Assembly (NCBI GenBank): GCA_016748015.1
Contig: JAAOMT010000483.1
Coordinates: 214,739 to 278,738, forward strand
Reading direction: 5' to 3'
Source: Geosiphon pyriformis uo1
Taxonomy: Eukaryota; Fungi; Glomeromycota
DNA: 64,000 bases
This document shows positions 39,450-54,979 of the stretch, piece after piece. The position numbers were made by a program, and so were the translations under genes. Under the pieces are notes generated by a model. The model was not told the origin of the DNA and did no database searches. It worked only from the letters and a program-made list of their open reading frames with translations. Position 1 is the stretch's first letter, and each line of letters opens with the position of its first letter.

Positions 39450-40274
39450 TGTTACAATTCAAAAATTTAATAGGAATTATAAATTAGCCAATCATAAAAT
39501 AGCACAGCAACAATTTATAAAAAAAAATGATTTAAAAATAACAGCAAGCACTACTGTGCAATAGCAGCAAGCATTATCTTACAATAGCAGCAAGTACTAT
39601 CATGCAAAAGCAGCAAACACTATTATGCAAAAGCAGCAAGCACTATTTAGAAATAATGAAAATAGAATATTACAAGACATTATTTTGTAAAATAATAATT
39701 ATATATATATACAATAGTTTTAATAATGAAGAATAAAACAAGCTTCAATTTGAAACAACAAATATCTAAATAAAATCTGATTCAAAAATAATTAATAAAA
39801 ATAATAAATTGAATTAACATCATAATTATGAGATTAACAATAGAATTCATATACCTTTTCTAGTAAATAAAACTATCATTCTATCTTTGAACTCTTTGGA
39901 AAAATAATCCCTGATCAAGATTATTCATGTTATTACTGATTGATAAAAGCTTTATTGTGAAAATTAGAAAAAACACTAAAGACCATTAATATTCCATGTT
40001 TCTAGATTAGAAAAACACATTAGACAATTGTAAGAATAGTTTCAGAAAAGACCTTAGATAATGAGTAGATTTCAGATTAGCCCCTGAAAAAAAGTACACA
40101 ATATACAAAGACAATTAGAATTAAAGAGAAAACTTACATTACAATATTAAGAGAAAACCTTCAGTACATTATTATTAATATTCAATACATAAAATTGAAG
40201 AACTTATGAGAGACTGATTGCATTTAAAACAGGATATCAGCAATTAAATATACCAAGAAAACATTCTCATAACA
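39450..40274 (+). repeat. Solo LTR F (family not otherwise represented) inserted in dUTPase of B
   Basis: TGTTA...TAACA ends; TSD acac/atgc; CCAAT near the 5' end; 23-bp tandem array; TATA-like run ~39700; dUTPase reads through once it is removed. Confidence 0.85.
39539..39650. repeat. 23-bp tandem repeat x~5 in LTR F
   Basis: Units like atagcagcaagcactatcatgca. Confidence 0.8.
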
Positions 40275-43200
40275 ATGCATCTGCATTGATTTCAAAGTAG
40301 CACTGGAAATTCCAACAACAATTATGGTTCAACTAATATCTAGGAATAGTTTAGTAAAAAAGAGAATTAATATAAGAAGAAAAATAATTAATGCAGGATA
40401 TATAGAAAATATTATTGCAATACTACAAAATAATTTAAAAAAGACTTATATTATTGAACCCAATAAAAAGATAGCACAGACAATATTTCTACTTTTGGTT
40501 AAGATAGTTCAGCTAGTATTAATAAGAAATAGAGAGAAATTAAAAATGACAGCAAGAGAAATAAGTAAATTCAGATTCACAGGTAGAATAGATATACCAA
40601 TAAATATGGCAAAAAAAAAAGTTATTAACAAAGAAGAAATTATTTCCACCTATCAATCAATTTTTATTCTATTATATGATTAGTATTTAGTAGTTATAAA
40701 AAGGAAAATAAGAGATCAACACCAAATTTTTGAAGCAGAAGCTACTATTTGTGGATCAGAAGAGATTGCTATTACCAATTTCTATATATTAGCTAAAAGC
40801 CACAAACACATTAAAATTTTTATTCACAATACAACTAGAAATCCCATTAAAATACCAAAAGAAACTACTATTAGATACTTAAGCACTGAAGTTAAAAACC
40901 TACCACCAAGTATCATTTCAAACTTTTCACAACTATGCAGATATGTAAATATTACATCACAAACAATATATAGACAAGAAGAATATTATCTGCTCTAATC
41001 AAAACAATTGGAACAAATGAATTTGAAAAATCTAGACCCATTTCAACAAATGCAGCTCAAGATATTGCTTAACAATTTTACTGACATCTTTGCCAGTAAA
41101 AATGAATTTGGTAGAATTAATATTATCCAACACTAAATTAAGACTGGAGATACAATGCCAATTAAACAAAGAGCATACAGAGTACTACTAGCAAGTCATA
41201 AAATCATCTGACAAAAAATCAACTGGATGTTAAACAACAAGTTAATTCAACTATTAATGAGTTTATGATTATCACCAGTGATACTAGTCCATAAGGAGAA
41301 TGGGAAAATCCAATTTTGTGTGAATTATAGAAAACTTAATAATATTATTTATAGAGACAGCTATCTAACTCCACAAATTCAAGAATTATTTGATGTATTT
41401 GGAAGAAAAAAATGATTTTCAATACAAGATCTAGATAGTGGTTACTAACAAATAGCCATAAATTCAGCTAACAAGGAAAAACTGCATTCACCACTAGAAA
41501 AGAAAACTTTAAGTTTGAAGTTATGCCATTTGGCTTAACCAATATACCAGCCACTTTCCAATAGCTTATGGAAATTGTTTATACTAGATTACTATGGAAA
41601 TTAGTAGTCATGTATTTGGATAACACAAATGTGTTCTCAAAAACATTTAATGATCATTTTCATCATCTACAACAGATGTTTGAGAGACTAAAAAGAGCTA
41701 AATTAAAACTGAATGCAATCAAATGCTTCTTTGACAAAACAGAGTTAAAATTCTTAGAACATGTTATAAGCAAAAATGACATTAAAACAGATCAGATAAG
41801 ATTGAGATAGTAAAGAACTTTTTATTACCAATAAATTTGATAGAACTATGAGCATTCTTGAGATTTGCTGAATATTATTGCTGCTTTATCTAGAACTTTT
41901 CTAAACTGGCTCAACCACTTTACCAACTCTAAACTAAAAATATGAAATATGAATAAATTAAAGCTTAATAAGAAGCTTTTGACATTTTAAGAAGAAAGCT
42001 CATTCAAACACCAGTATTGATTTATTTAGATTATAGCAAGTTATTTATCATTACTACTGATACATCTGGTTAAGTATTGGGAATTGTACTATTTTAGAGA
42101 AAACTGGATGGACAAAAACATCTAATAATATATGCCTGCCGAAGTTTAAGTCCAGCTGAAAAGAATTATGGAACACCAGCATTAGAACATTTAGCTATCT
42201 ATTGGGCAGTTATTAAATAGAAAGAGTATTTAAGTCAGAAGTTTGAAATATATACTAATCACAAAAGATTAACATCAATTCAAAAGCAAAAATTTGGAGA
42301 CAATTGCCATGCCAAATAGAAAATAAAACTTTTACTATTCAAATATATAATACATTATAAAAAAAAAAAAAAACAGAAATGTTAATGGTTTGTTATAAAT
42401 AAAACAGATCTAAGAACATTTTAACTCAAAAATATAACAAATAATGAATACACAAAAATATTAACAACTTTAGCACTATATTAATACTCAGCAGTTCAAG
42501 AAAAAATTATCTTAAAAGGAACAAAACAACATAAAACAACAATCAAAATATTTTATTACTTACCAAAATATATTATATCAGAAAAACAAAAAGAATTTAG
42601 ATCAATTACTCAGAATAATCACAGAATCAGAAAAAGAAACAATACTATATAACATGTACTCAGATCCAATAATAAAACATTTTCATAAAGAAGCAACCAT
42701 AGAAAGAATCAGAAAAAGATATTACTAGCCATCAATATATCCAGACATTATTTAATATGTTCAAAATTGTGATACTTGTCAGAGAAGAAAAAGAACAAAA
42801 CTCAGTGAACCACTAAAACCAATTAAAATAAACCAACTATTTGATAAAATTGGAATTGACTTATTAGAACCATTAACAATAACTAATAGAGACAACCAGT
42901 ATATAGCAGTAGCCATAAACTATCTCACAAAATGGTCAGAAGTAAAAGCAATTCAAAGAGCAGATACAGAATTTATAGCCAAATTTGTTTATCAAGATCT
43001 GATTTGCTGACATAGATGTTTAAAAAAATTGCTATCAGATCAAGAAACCCATTTTGTAAACAGAACATTAACAGAATTAAGCCAAAAATTTGGAATTAAA
43101 AGACCATTATTATTACCATATCATCCATAAACAAACAGTTTAATAAAAAAGTTTAACAGAATATTGTGTGAAGCAATCACCAAAATCAGTTAAAAAAACC

Positions 43201-44517
43201 AGAATGAATGAGATTTGTTTATACCATCAGTACTATTTGCTTATTGGACAATAAAGCAAGATATCATATAAACAACATTATTTAAACTTGTTTATAGTAA
43301 AACAGCAATATTATCAATTGAGATAGACATTAACACATATCTAATAAAACCAATAACAGAAGCCAATTTACAAAAAACATTACTGAGAATAACATATAAA
43401 CTAATAGAAACATTAGAAAACAAAAGACAAAAAGCAGTTGATAATATTCAAAGGTCACAAGAAAAACAGAAAGAACAACATGATAATTAATTACCAAATA
43501 AACCAGTTAAATTTAGGATTGAAGACAAAATACTCTTATATTGTACTAAAGTGAAAAAACAATGGAGTAAAAAATTTGATCCCAAATGGGATGGATTATT
43601 TCACATTAAAAAAATTCTAAGAAATGAAGCTTATAAATTAAGATAGTATTATATGTAATTATTTGGGATCTCAAATCAAATAACAAACTCATAATTTGGT
43701 GCTCAATTGCTATATTAATAATGTTGGTAATCTGAAGGTTTTGATTGAAGTTTTTTATATAATAGACAAAGATTCAGTTATAATGGTAGTAGCTTTCTGA
43801 AATCACAATTCTGTCCAATTTTTTTTTCAACTTGGTGGCTGGTTTTATTCTGGTATTTATGTCCTTCTGGGAAGCTATCTGTTAATATATATATTTTTAC
43901 TCTTATTTCTGGGTCTTTTATCAGGCTATCTGTGATGTTAATAATTTAGTGCTTAATCTTTAATTAATTAGTAAACATAACAAAATAATAAAAAGAAAGA
44001 AAAATACAAAAAATAAAGAAAAGATAAAAAAAATAAGCCAAGACAATTATAAATTAATATTTCATCAATAACCATAATCAAGAGCTATTGTTCCAGTGTG
44101 GTCAAGTATTTATTACTATTAACATGAAATGTTGATAGTGAAGAGTGAATTGAGATAACAAATAATTATTTATTGATAATTGTAATTTGAAAGATTGCTT
44201 AAATAAAATCTTAAACTGAGAGATTTGTTTTTTTTGTTTCTAATGCTACTGTTATATATACATATTTAAGATTCCTCAATTCCTCAATTCTTCACATCAA
44301 AAATCCTGGAATTCCTGAAATCCTGCAATTTCTTTAAGAGAAATCCTGGAATTCTGGAATCCTGTAATTCCTCATACAAAAATTCTGAAATTTCTGGAAT
44401 CCTGTGATTCTTCTAAGAAGAATTCTGGAATTCTATATTTACTACATTTACTTCTAATTGGCTAATTTATATGCTAATATACTTTCTATATTCTATGAGT
44501 AACATTATTCTTTCCTT

Positions 44518-45150
44518 TTAATATTGAGCTCTATTGAAATCTCCCATTTTTTCTAACTCTTCCTCTTGGATTAATTCTTGAACTTCTTTTTTGAGAATTA
44601 CTTGTGTTATTTTGATCTGTAATTTTTCAAATTGAGCATTGGTTATTTTTCCCATTTGGTTAACAGTAACAGTGTTCATTGCTGTGTTGAGTAAAATTTC
44701 TGGTCAATCTTAAAATCCAGTGTGTAGTCGATAAATGATTCATGCTTGTGTAGTTAAATTGTTTTTCCTTACAAATTGTTCTAGTTGTTGCAATATTGTT
44801 GTGTCAAATAATTGTTTTGTTTTATCTGTGTATAAATTCTGAATGTTCAAGTATTGTCTCAAGTAAAAGTAATAAAAGTTTTTTGAAAATTGTTGTATTC
44901 ACCAATTCCAAGTTTCTATAGTCAACTCTTGATATTGGGTGACTTTTGGTTATGCTTCTATTGCCAATTTCATCCTTGTGGTTATTTTGTTAATAATGTT
45001 TTCTGTTTTTCTCCATATTTTATCTTGTGGTTCCTTTTTGGTGTTTTTGTATCTGATGGTTTGTTGATTGGTTGTAATTTTCATTTCTTGTTGTTAAATC
45101 AGTTAGAAGAGTTGTTGTGCTAATGAGTAGATATTATTGGTAATTTCCAT
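44518..45150 (-). pseudogene. ORF3 remnant of G
   Basis: MEITNNIYSLAQQLF start; IYRLHTGF; ends AQY* at the PPT. Confidence 0.65.
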
Positions 45151-45201
45151 TTTTCTGATATTTTTTGTCATGTCTACCATGTTTTATATTCTTTTAGTTG
45201 T

Positions 45202-48200
45202 TTAATTTGACATGTTGGTTTCAATGATAATAATTGGTTTTAGATCTTGTGGAATCTCATCTGGTTGAACTAGTATTCTCTGTACTCCTAATTGTAGAAT
45301 ATTACTGGTGGATGATGATGTTATCTTGTGATATGGTTTAAGTTGATCACCATGTGCTGCTTTGGTTAAGATTTTGTTGTTACATCTTAATTTATAAGCT
45401 CTATTTCTTAGCATTTCTTCTATGTAAAATGGTTCATCCCATTTGGGATCAAATTTTCCACTCCATTGTTTTTCCACTTTGATATAATATAGAAGTACTT
45501 TGTCTCCAATCTTGAATTCAACTGGTTTATCTGATAATTGGTTATTGTGTCATTTTTTTTGTTTTTTTTGTGACTTTTTAATATTATCAGCTGCTTTTTA
45601 TCATTTGTTTTCTAGTGTTTCCATTAAGTCATATGTTCTTTTCAACAATGTTTCTTGAAAATTGTCTTTTGTTATTGATTCAATTAGATATGTCTTGACT
45701 TTTATTTTAATTGGTAATGTTGTTGTTCTACCATATATTAATTCAAATGGTGTTGCTTGTATAGTGTCTTGCTTTATTATTTGATAAGCAAATAATACTG
45801 ATGGTATGAACAAATCCCATTTATTCTGGTTTTCTTGGCTGATTTTGGTAATTGTTTCATACAATGTTCTTTTGAATCTTTTAACTAAATCATTTGTTTA
45901 TAAATGGTATGGTAATAATATTGGTTTTTTAATTCCAAATCTTTGACTTAATTCTGCTAGTGTTCTGTTTACAAAGTGAGTTCCTTGATCTAATAACAGT
46001 TTTTTTGAACATCCATATCAACAAATTAGATCTTAGTAAATGAATTTGGCTATGAATTTTGCATTTACTCTTTGAATGGCTTTTGTTTCTAGCCATTTAG
46101 TGAAATAATTTATGGCTATTGCAATATATCTGTTGCCTCTATTGGTAATTGTCAATGGTTTGACTAAGTCAATTCCAATACAATTAAATGGTTGTTCTAC
46201 TTTGATTGGTTTTAATAATTTGCTGGATTTTGTTCCTTCTTTTCTCTGACAAGCATCACAATTTTAAACATATTAGATGATGTCTGGATACATAAATGGC
46301 CAATAGTATTTTTTTCTGGTTCTTTTTATGGTTGCTTCTTTATGGAAATATCCTGCTGTTAGATCAAAGTGCATGTTGAATAATATTGTTTTTTTTTTGG
46401 TTCTGTAATTATTCTAGTTGGTTGATCTGGATTTCTTCTGTTCTTCTGATAAAGTACATTTTGGTGGATAATAAAATATTTGGACTATTGTTTAATATAG
46501 TTTTGTTTCTTTTGAGATAATTTTTCCTTAAACCATCAAGTATTTATAAAATGTTGAAGTTGTTAATATTTTTGTGTATTCATCTTTTGTTATATTTTTG
46601 GGTTAAAATATTTTTGGATTTGTCTTATTTGCAACAAACCATCAATATTTCCATTTTTTTTTCTCTTTTTATAATGTATTGTATATTTGAATAATAAAAG
46701 TTTTATTTTTCATCAAGTATGACAGTCATCTCCAAATTTTTGTTTCTGAATTGATGTTAATTTTTTGTGATCAGTGTATATGTCGAATTTTTGGCTTAAG
46801 TATTTTTTCTATTTTATAACTGCTCAGTAAATAGCCAAGTGTTCTAATGCTGGTGTTCTATAATTCTTTTCTGTTGGACTCAAACTTCAGCTGGCATATA
46901 CTACTGGATTTTTTTTTCCATCTGGTCTTCTCTGCAATAATACTGCTTCCAATGCTTGACTTGATGCATTAGTGGTGATAATGAATGGCTTGCTGTAGTC
47001 TAGATAAATCAGTACTGGAGTTTAAATAAGCTTTTTTCTTAATATGTTGAAAGCTTCTTGCTGGTTTTCTGTCTATTCATACTTGGTGTTCTTTGCTTAA
47101 AACTGGTGTAATGGTTGAGCCAATTTAGAAAAATCTTTGATAAAGCAATGATAGTATCCAGCAAATTTCAAAAATGCTTGCAATTCAGTTAAATTGGTTG
47201 GTACTGAAAAGTTTTTAACTATCTCAATCTTGTCTGAATCTATCTTGATGCTGTCTTTGCTTACTACATGTCCCAAGAATTTTAGTTCTGTTTTGCCAAA
47301 AAAGCACTTGTTTGCATTCAATTTCAATCTTGCTCATCTGAATCTTTCAAACACTTGTTATAAATAATGAATATAATTGTCAAATGTTCTTAAGAATATG
47401 TTGGTGTCATCCAAATATATGACTACTGATTTCCATAGTAGTCTAGTATAAACAATTTTCATGAGCTATTGGAACATAACTGGAGTATTTATTAAATCAA
47501 ATGGCATTGCTTCAAATTCAAAGTTTATTTTTTTTGTGGTAAATGCAGTTTTTTCTTTATCAGCTAGATTCATGGCTACTTGCTAGTAACTACTATCTTA
47601 ATCCAATATTAAGAACTATTTATTTCCACTAAAAGCATTGAATAATTCCTGAATCCATGGAGTGGGGTAATTGTCTCCATAAATTATACTATTGAGTTTT
47701 CTATAGTCTACACAAAAATGGATTTTCTCATTCTTCTTATGAACTAGTACTACTGGTAATAACCATGGACTCATTGATGGCTGAATTAGTCTGTTGTCTA
47801 ATATCTGATTGATTTTCTGTTGGATGATTTCATGGTTGACTGGTGATACTCTGTATGCTCATTGTTTTATCAGCATTATATTGCCAGTCTTGATCTGATG
47901 CTAAATAATATCAATATGGCCAAATTTATTTTTGCTGGCAAAGATGTTATTGAAATTGTTAAGTAACATCTTGATCTGCATCTATTGAAGTGAGTCTAGA
48001 TTTCCAAATTCATCTGTTCTAATTGTTCTGGTTAAAGCAAGTAACATTTTTCTTGTCTGTAGATTGTTTGTGATGTAATATCCACATATCTACACAGTTG
48101 TGAAAAGTCTGAAATGTAGTTTGGTGGTTGATTCTCAACTTTAATAGTTAGATATCTGATAATAGTTCCTTTTAGAATTTTAATGACATCTCCAGTAGTA

Positions 48201-51200
48201 TTATATATTGGGATTTTGATGTTTTTAGGACTTTTAGCTGGTATATAGAGATTGGTGAGTCCAATCTCTTCTGATTCACAAATGGTTGCTTTTGCTTCAA
48301 ACAACTGAGCTTAATTCTTCACTTTTCTTTTTATGACTAATATGTACTGGTTATATAATGGAATGGAGATTGGTTAATAGATGGAGATAATTTCTTTCTT
48401 GTCAACAATTTCTTCTTCTGCTATATTGATTGGTATATTTACTCTACCCATAAATTTAAATCCATTAATCTTTTTAGTTGTAATTACTAATTTTTTTTTG
48501 TTTCTTACTAATACTAACTGAGTTATCTTAACCAGAGATAGGAATATTGCCTGTGTTATCTTTTCATTTGGCTCTATGATATAGGCCTTTTTTGAGTCAT
48601 TTTGTCATATTACAATAATATTTTCTACATATCCTGTGTTAATTATTCTTCCTTTGATATTAATTCTCTTTTTCGCCAAACTACTTCTAGATACTAACTG
48701 AACTATAGTAGTTGCTGGAATTTTCAATACTATTTTGAGATCAATACAAGTACACAAATGTGGTTCCAATTTAATGGCTTTTTTCCCTAGATATCTTAAA
48801 TCAAACTCTGTGTCTGTATAATACACACATTCAGACATAATGTTTTTATTATTATTACTGAACCATTTGAGTTCTTGCTTCTTAGAAAGATTAGGAAGTG
48901 TAATATATTGTTTGAAATTAGCATTGGGATTTGAATTATTATGATTATTATTACCATTTTGAATGAAGCTGGAACCATTGTTTTTGTTATCATTGTTGTC
49001 AGAGTTTGAATCAGGATTGAACAGTAATTTCAATTCTAATATACAGCTGTTGATTGGTTCTTCCTCTTTGGGGATTGTGTAGATTATGCATGATGGTAGA
49101 TTGTAAATGAGGTCACACTCATTACAATATTAGAAGTCATATAAGATCAAACAGTGGTTACATAATCTGGTGTTTATTTTTTCCAAGCATTGTTCTTGCT
49201 TCTCTTTTGTTGATGCCAAATTCTGGTAATGCTCATAAAATTTCTTTGGATCTGTCTCAATATCTAAAAATACATCTGGATTGAAGATAAGAATGATGTT
49301 GACTGGCTCTGAAGGATTGTTTTTTATCTCCAAAATCTTACTGGGTGAAGTGTCTTCTACTTTGGTGTTGGCCATTTGCCAAATTTCCTTTTTGTCATGT
49401 GGATAGCCATCCAAGTGAGAAATTGCTCAGTGTTATATGGCAGTAATAGGTGTGCCATGACTGACCCAATTACTTATGAGGATCATGTACTGACATGAAA
49501 CATTGCACATTCTTTCTCAACCAAGAATATCATTCCACATTCCTTCATTAAGTAACTGTTCTTCACAAGTGAGACATAGTTTGTTGTTCTACTTGTTTTG
49601 TTTTTTGGAGTATTCATAGCATTTTTTGTGGCATAACTTGCAGTAATAGTGAGTTTTTGTCTAGTAGTCTTCATCTGATGCAATCCAAGCTCCCATGAAA
49701 GAAAGTTTTTTCTTACAGTCCTTGTATTTGAGGGGTATATATAGTGACTCTTTTATTGGTTCATGTGAGTACTTTTTTTTCCAGCCACTAGTTATTTCTT
49801 CTGTGGCAGTGGTTTTTTTAGATACATCTTCTTTCTTTCTTTTTCTTTTGTTATTCTAAGAGAGTATTAATAACAGTTTATTATAATTGGTATTAGCCCA
49901 CAAGACTTAATAGGCTTCCTAAATAGGTTTTTTTCTTTCTCTTTTAATTCGATGAGTGCTGCTGGATTAGTGTTTGTTTTGAAATAACCATACATAATTG
50001 GTACATATTTGTGTTGGCCATTTTGGCTGAGTTGTAATTCTTGAATGGTCTAATCAAGCACAGTATTGGTTTTAATTAACCAGTTATTACCAACTAGTGC
50101 TTGGTACTGTGTAGCTTCCATTACTAAGACTTTAATAAAAGTGATAATGTTATTGACTTTGAATGAGAAGTCATTGATTTTGCCAATAAGAGTTTTGGTC
50201 ATTCTATCAGCTGTAATGATTCTGGCACTGGCAGTATGATCAACTCAGTAATCTAATTGGTCCATAAGTTGTCAGATTATAATTCTGCCTGCTGACTCAC
50301 TATTAAGAATGAGTTTAATAGATTGGCCATCGACTTTGGCATCTGTATACATGGCTGTAATTGGTTTGGTGTCAAGAGTAATTCCACTAAATAATGACAC
50401 AGTTGTGGTTTTCTCGAGTTTGAAAGAGAATATGACAGCTAATAATTCATCTTCAGTGCTGGTGGCTGGTGGAATGTTGCTGATAAGTGGTTTTTGATTG
50501 GTTTCTTAATTGTTGAGTAAGACATTTTCTGAGATAACCAAGAGACTTAAATAGTGTCAAGAATTCAGGTTTTGGGTGTATCCAGTTTCTGAACTCCACT
50601 AGCACAATTCTGATTGTTAAGTGGATGAACTGGAGATTGGTTAATGAACAACCATTGCCAATCTCCAGTTTTGTTGAATGGATCTTAGTTTTTGGTTTCT
50701 ATGTAACATCAGAGTTGAAATTTATGGCGGTGTTTGAATTTGTTGAAGTTGATATATTACTTGTGACTGTGGTTAATAAATAACTGGTGCTGAAGTCTAA
50801 TAAATTGGTGGTTAATAAATGGGCTGCTGCATCATTAGTAAGTAATTTGGTTAATATGATGCTGAGTTTGGTTGATAACTCAAAGTTTGAAACTGGTGAT
50901 CAGAGTTTTGATATTGATTTCCTAATTATTGGTTATTTAATCAATGGGGACAGTTAATTTGTAAGTGTTTTTGTTTACCACAATAGTAGCAAACACATGT
51001 TTCTTATTGCTACTGTTAATTGGTTGATGATAATAGACACAATTGATTTTGGAAATGATTAGAGTTTCCTTAATTATTGCATTATTGTAAAGGTTGATAA
51101 ATTGCTTGATTGTTAACTAAGTATTCTTCTAATTTCTGATTAATTAAATCACTGAATTGTTTCAATTTGGAATCCAATTCAGATGATCTGTTTATTACTA

Positions 51201-52700
51201 GATTTACAGTTTGGACATGGTTGGCTTCAAGTTTAGCTGCTTTAAAATTTCTGGTATTTGTAACTGTGACTTAAAGAGTGGCTGAATGTAATGGATATAT
51301 GTATTGCAGGATGCTGCTGTGTAATCTGCAAATGAACTGATTTAGAATTTGGGCCACTGTGAAGTAATCAGTGTTGATAGCTTGAATTTGGCATAGATTT
51401 CTGTGGAAGTATTCTAGATAAGTAATGATTGCTTCAGTTTTTTCTTGCTTGATAGTAGTAAAAGTATTTGCTAGGTGGTTGATGCTGTTATTATTACTGA
51501 AATATTTTAAAAATTCCAATTTGAACATGTCAAACATTTGAGATTTCTGGATTAAACTATGATATCATGAGTTGGCAATATTATGGAGAAAATATGGAAT
51601 GGCTTGTAGTGCTCTGATGTCATTCCAATTATTGGCTGTAATGGCTTTGGCCATGTCATTGATTTATGCTTGGTTGTCATCCTCTTTGCTGGTAAATTTT
51701 TCTAATTTGGTAATTGGTATATAAGCCATTTGTGCTGCAATCTGTTGCTGTTGTTGTGGTAGTTGTTGAAAAGATAGTTGTAGTTGTTAAAATGGTAACT
51801 GAAGTTAAGATTGGTAGTAGCTATTGTTGTATAACAACTGGTGGTGGATTGATGACAATTACTGGATATAAGTTTTGTTGATTATCAATGTCAGGGTTTG
51901 AATCATTCTGATTTTGCTAATTAATATTATCTGAATTTGGATTGTTCTGATTTTTCTGAGTTTGAATATTCAGGGTTTTAACTTCTGGGTTTTTTACAAT
52001 CAGATTCTAGTAATTAAATTCTTGATTGTCATCTTTCTCTTTTTTTGATTTCATTACTTCCTATGGACTAACAGTTCTGAAATTTAGTTGATGAGATGAT
52101 GATCAAAATCCTGATGGTATTGTTGATTGTAAATTAAATTCTTCAAAGTATTTATCATAGATTCTTAATAGATTGGCTTTTGCTTGTTTATTTTGAAATG
52201 GGATTTGGACTAATGACATTTTTGCATTTGCTGTGAACACATCTATTGATGTGATGTTGATGGTGCTTCCTAGTGTATAGTAGTATAATAGATTGATTAA
52301 TGATTTAATTTTTGTTTTTTTTCAAGTAGGTGGTTGTATCCTCTGTAGTATTACTGCTGGTGTTTGTAGTTTTCCTTTGTCTTTATTGGCATAGGTAATT
52401 GAATATTTTTGCTGAGTGTGATTTTCAATTTCTTTGTTGATTTCAGTAAGGATTGCTGTAAAATTATGATTTGTTGATAGGCTGGTATTTTGAATTAATT
52501 CATTGTAAAAATTTTCTTTTGTTGAGTCAGTTTCTATTAGTACTTCTAACAAATATAAAATTCTTTCATTGACATAGAAGTTGAAGGCTGATTCTGCTAA
52601 TAAGTAATTGCTGATTAATTTCAAGTGTTAACAGTAATATTGAAATAAGGATTTGGCAAATCCTAAATGGTTTGTCCCTATTCTTTCTGGTTCTGCCACT
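45202..52700 (-). pseudogene. pol: gag-pol of G (gag 52700-50400, protease ~50350-49980, Cys-rich domain, dUTPase ~48900-48440, RT with intact YLDD at ~47410, RNase H, integrase)
   Basis: ORF-track fragments 52322-52624, 51271-51537, 48605-49033, 47097-47327, 45601-45864 and 45202-45477. Confidence 0.88.
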
Positions 52701-53874
52701 TTTGAGATGGTTGTTGTTGGTGCTGGTTCTCTGTAGGATTATATCTCATAAGAAGCACCAAATGTTACAAGTGATTATTTGGAGTCTCAAATCAAATAAC
52801 AAATCCATAACTTGGTATCAATTGCTATATTGATGATGTTGGTAATCTGAAGGTTTTATCAATCTGAAGGTTTTGATTGGAGTTCTTTGTATAATGAACA
52901 GAGATTCAGTTGTAATGGTAATAGCTTCCCAGAATTGCAATTCTGTCCAATTTCTTTCTTAGCTTGGTAGCCAGTTTTATTCTGGTATTTATGCTCTTCT
53001 AGTAAGCTATTTATTAATATATATATTTTTACCCTTATTTCTGGGTTATTTACCAGGCTATCTGTGATGTCAATAATTTAGTGCTTAATTCTTAATCAAT
53101 TGGTAAACACAACAAAATAACAAAAAAAAATAAAAATACAAAAGATAAAGAAAAGATAAAAAAAATAAGCCAAGGCAATTGTAAATAATATTCCATTAAT
53201 AGCCATGATCAAGAGTTATTGTTCCAGTGTGGTCAAGTATTTGTTACTATCAACATAAAGTGTTGATAGTAGAAAGTGAATTAAGATAACAAATAATTAT
53301 TTATTGATAATTGTGATTTGGAAGGTTGCTTAGATAAAATCTAAACTGAGAGGTCTGTCTTTTCTGTTTTTAATGCTACTGTTATATATACATATTTGAG
53401 ATTCCTTAATTCCTCAATTTTTCACATCAGGAATCCTGGAATTTCTGAAATCCTGCAATTTTTTTGAGAAGAATTCTGGAATTCTGTAATTCTGTAATTC
53501 CTCATACAAGAATTCTAAAATTTCTGGAATTCTGTAATTCCTCTAAGAGAAATTTTGGAATTCTACATTTACTACATCTATTTCTGATTGGCTAATTTAT
53601 ATGCTAATATACTTCTTATATTCTATGAGTAACAATAAGACAACAAAATCTTAGCTAAAATAGCACATGGAAATTAATTGAAACTATATCACAATATATT
53701 ATCATCATCTATCAATAATATTCCACAACTGGGAGTACAACAAATATTAGTGCAACCAGATAAAATTCCACAAAATTTGAAACTAATCATAGTCATCAAT
53801 ACAAACACATCAAATTAATCAACCAGAATAGTATATAAAAACATGATAAATGTAATTAAAAGCAACAATAAAAA

Positions 53875-54507
53875 ATGGAAATTACTGATAACATCTATTC
53901 ACTCACATAACAACTATTCTAATTGATTTAACAAACAAGCCTAGAAATTACCATTAACCAACAAATTATTCAGTACAAAGATAATCAAAAGAAAACTTAA
54001 CACAAATTACACAGAAAATTAGAAAACACTATAGATAAGATAATAGCAAAAGTAAAATTGTCAATAAAAACACCAGAAACAATTATACTATACCAAGAAG
54101 TAACCAAAAAAACTTGAAATTGGTGGTTACAAAAATTTCCAAGAAACTTTTGTTATTATTACTTGGAACAAATCATAAATATTTAGAACTTGTATACTAA
54201 TAAGACAAAATGATTATTTAACACAACAATACTACAACAAATTAAACAAATTGTGAGAAAAAAAAATCTGTTTATACAGACATGAGCTATATATTGGCTA
54301 TATACAGGATTTTAAAATTGATTAACAATATTACTTAACTCTGTAATAGATACTATTACTGTTAACCAATTGGGAAAAATGATCAATGCCCAATTTGAGA
54401 AATTACAAATCAAAATAACTCAAAAAATTCTCAAAAAAAAAGTTCAAAAGTTAATCAAAGAGAGAGAATTAAGAGATATAAAAGATCTTGACAGAGCTCA
54501 ATATTAA
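53875..54507 (+). pseudogene. ORF3 remnant of B
   Basis: MEITDNIYSLT start; TVNQLGKMINAQFEKLQ; ends RAQY* at the PPT. Confidence 0.65.
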
Positions 54508-54520
54508 AAGAAAGATATAA

Positions 54521-54979
54521 TGTTACTTATAGAATATAAGAATTATATATTAATACACAAATTAGCTAATTAGAATAAAATACAGTAAAAGTGAAATTCC
54601 AGAATTCTTCTTAGAGGAATTACAGGATTTCAGAATTACAGAATTCTAGTATAAAAAATTGCAGGATTTCAAAATTCCAGGATTCTTCTTGAAAAATTAC
54701 AGGATTTCAAAAATTCCAGAATTCCTGACTAAAAAATTAAGGAATTTAAGGAATCTTGTATAACAAAATTTATATATATATAGCAGTAGCATTAAAAGCA
54801 AAAAAAACAGAATTTCTCAGCTAGAATCTTTAATTTAGAACCACTAAGTTTTAACATTTCATATTAATAAAAATACTTATTTTAATCATAATCTATTATC
54901 TATTATCAACACTTTATGTTAATAGCAATTGATACTTAACTATACTGAACTAATAGCTCTTAATCATGACTATTGACGA
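54521..54979 (+). repeat. 3' LTR of B, 5' half only (interrupted by H)
   Basis: Starts TGTTAC after the PPT; matches 14667-15037, then switches abruptly to a reverse-oriented LTR. Confidence 0.88.

Larger units (their letters stand above)
36138..43646 (+). pseudogene. pol: gag-pol of B continued (capsid, knuckle, protease ~37820-38200, Cys-rich domain, dUTPase split by F, RT ~41150-41950, RNase H, integrase)
   Basis: ORFs 36618-37850, 38830-39117, 40324-40683 and 41568-41810 (VVMYLDN); LLSDQETHF. Confidence 0.88.
43647..53634 (-). mobile_element. Ty3/gypsy element G, full length, inserted in the integrase tail of B
   Basis: LTRs 52763-53634 and 43647-44504; PBS 52745-52760; PPT after 44504; TSD atag/ataa. 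Confidence 0.9.
14667..54979 (+). mobile_element. Ty3/gypsy element B, host of C/D, F, G; its 3' LTR is interrupted by H
   Basis: 5' LTR 14667-15420 with PBS; reading resumes across each insertion (16079/36138, 39449/40279, 43646/53639); PPT then matching LTR from 54521. Confidence 0.85.
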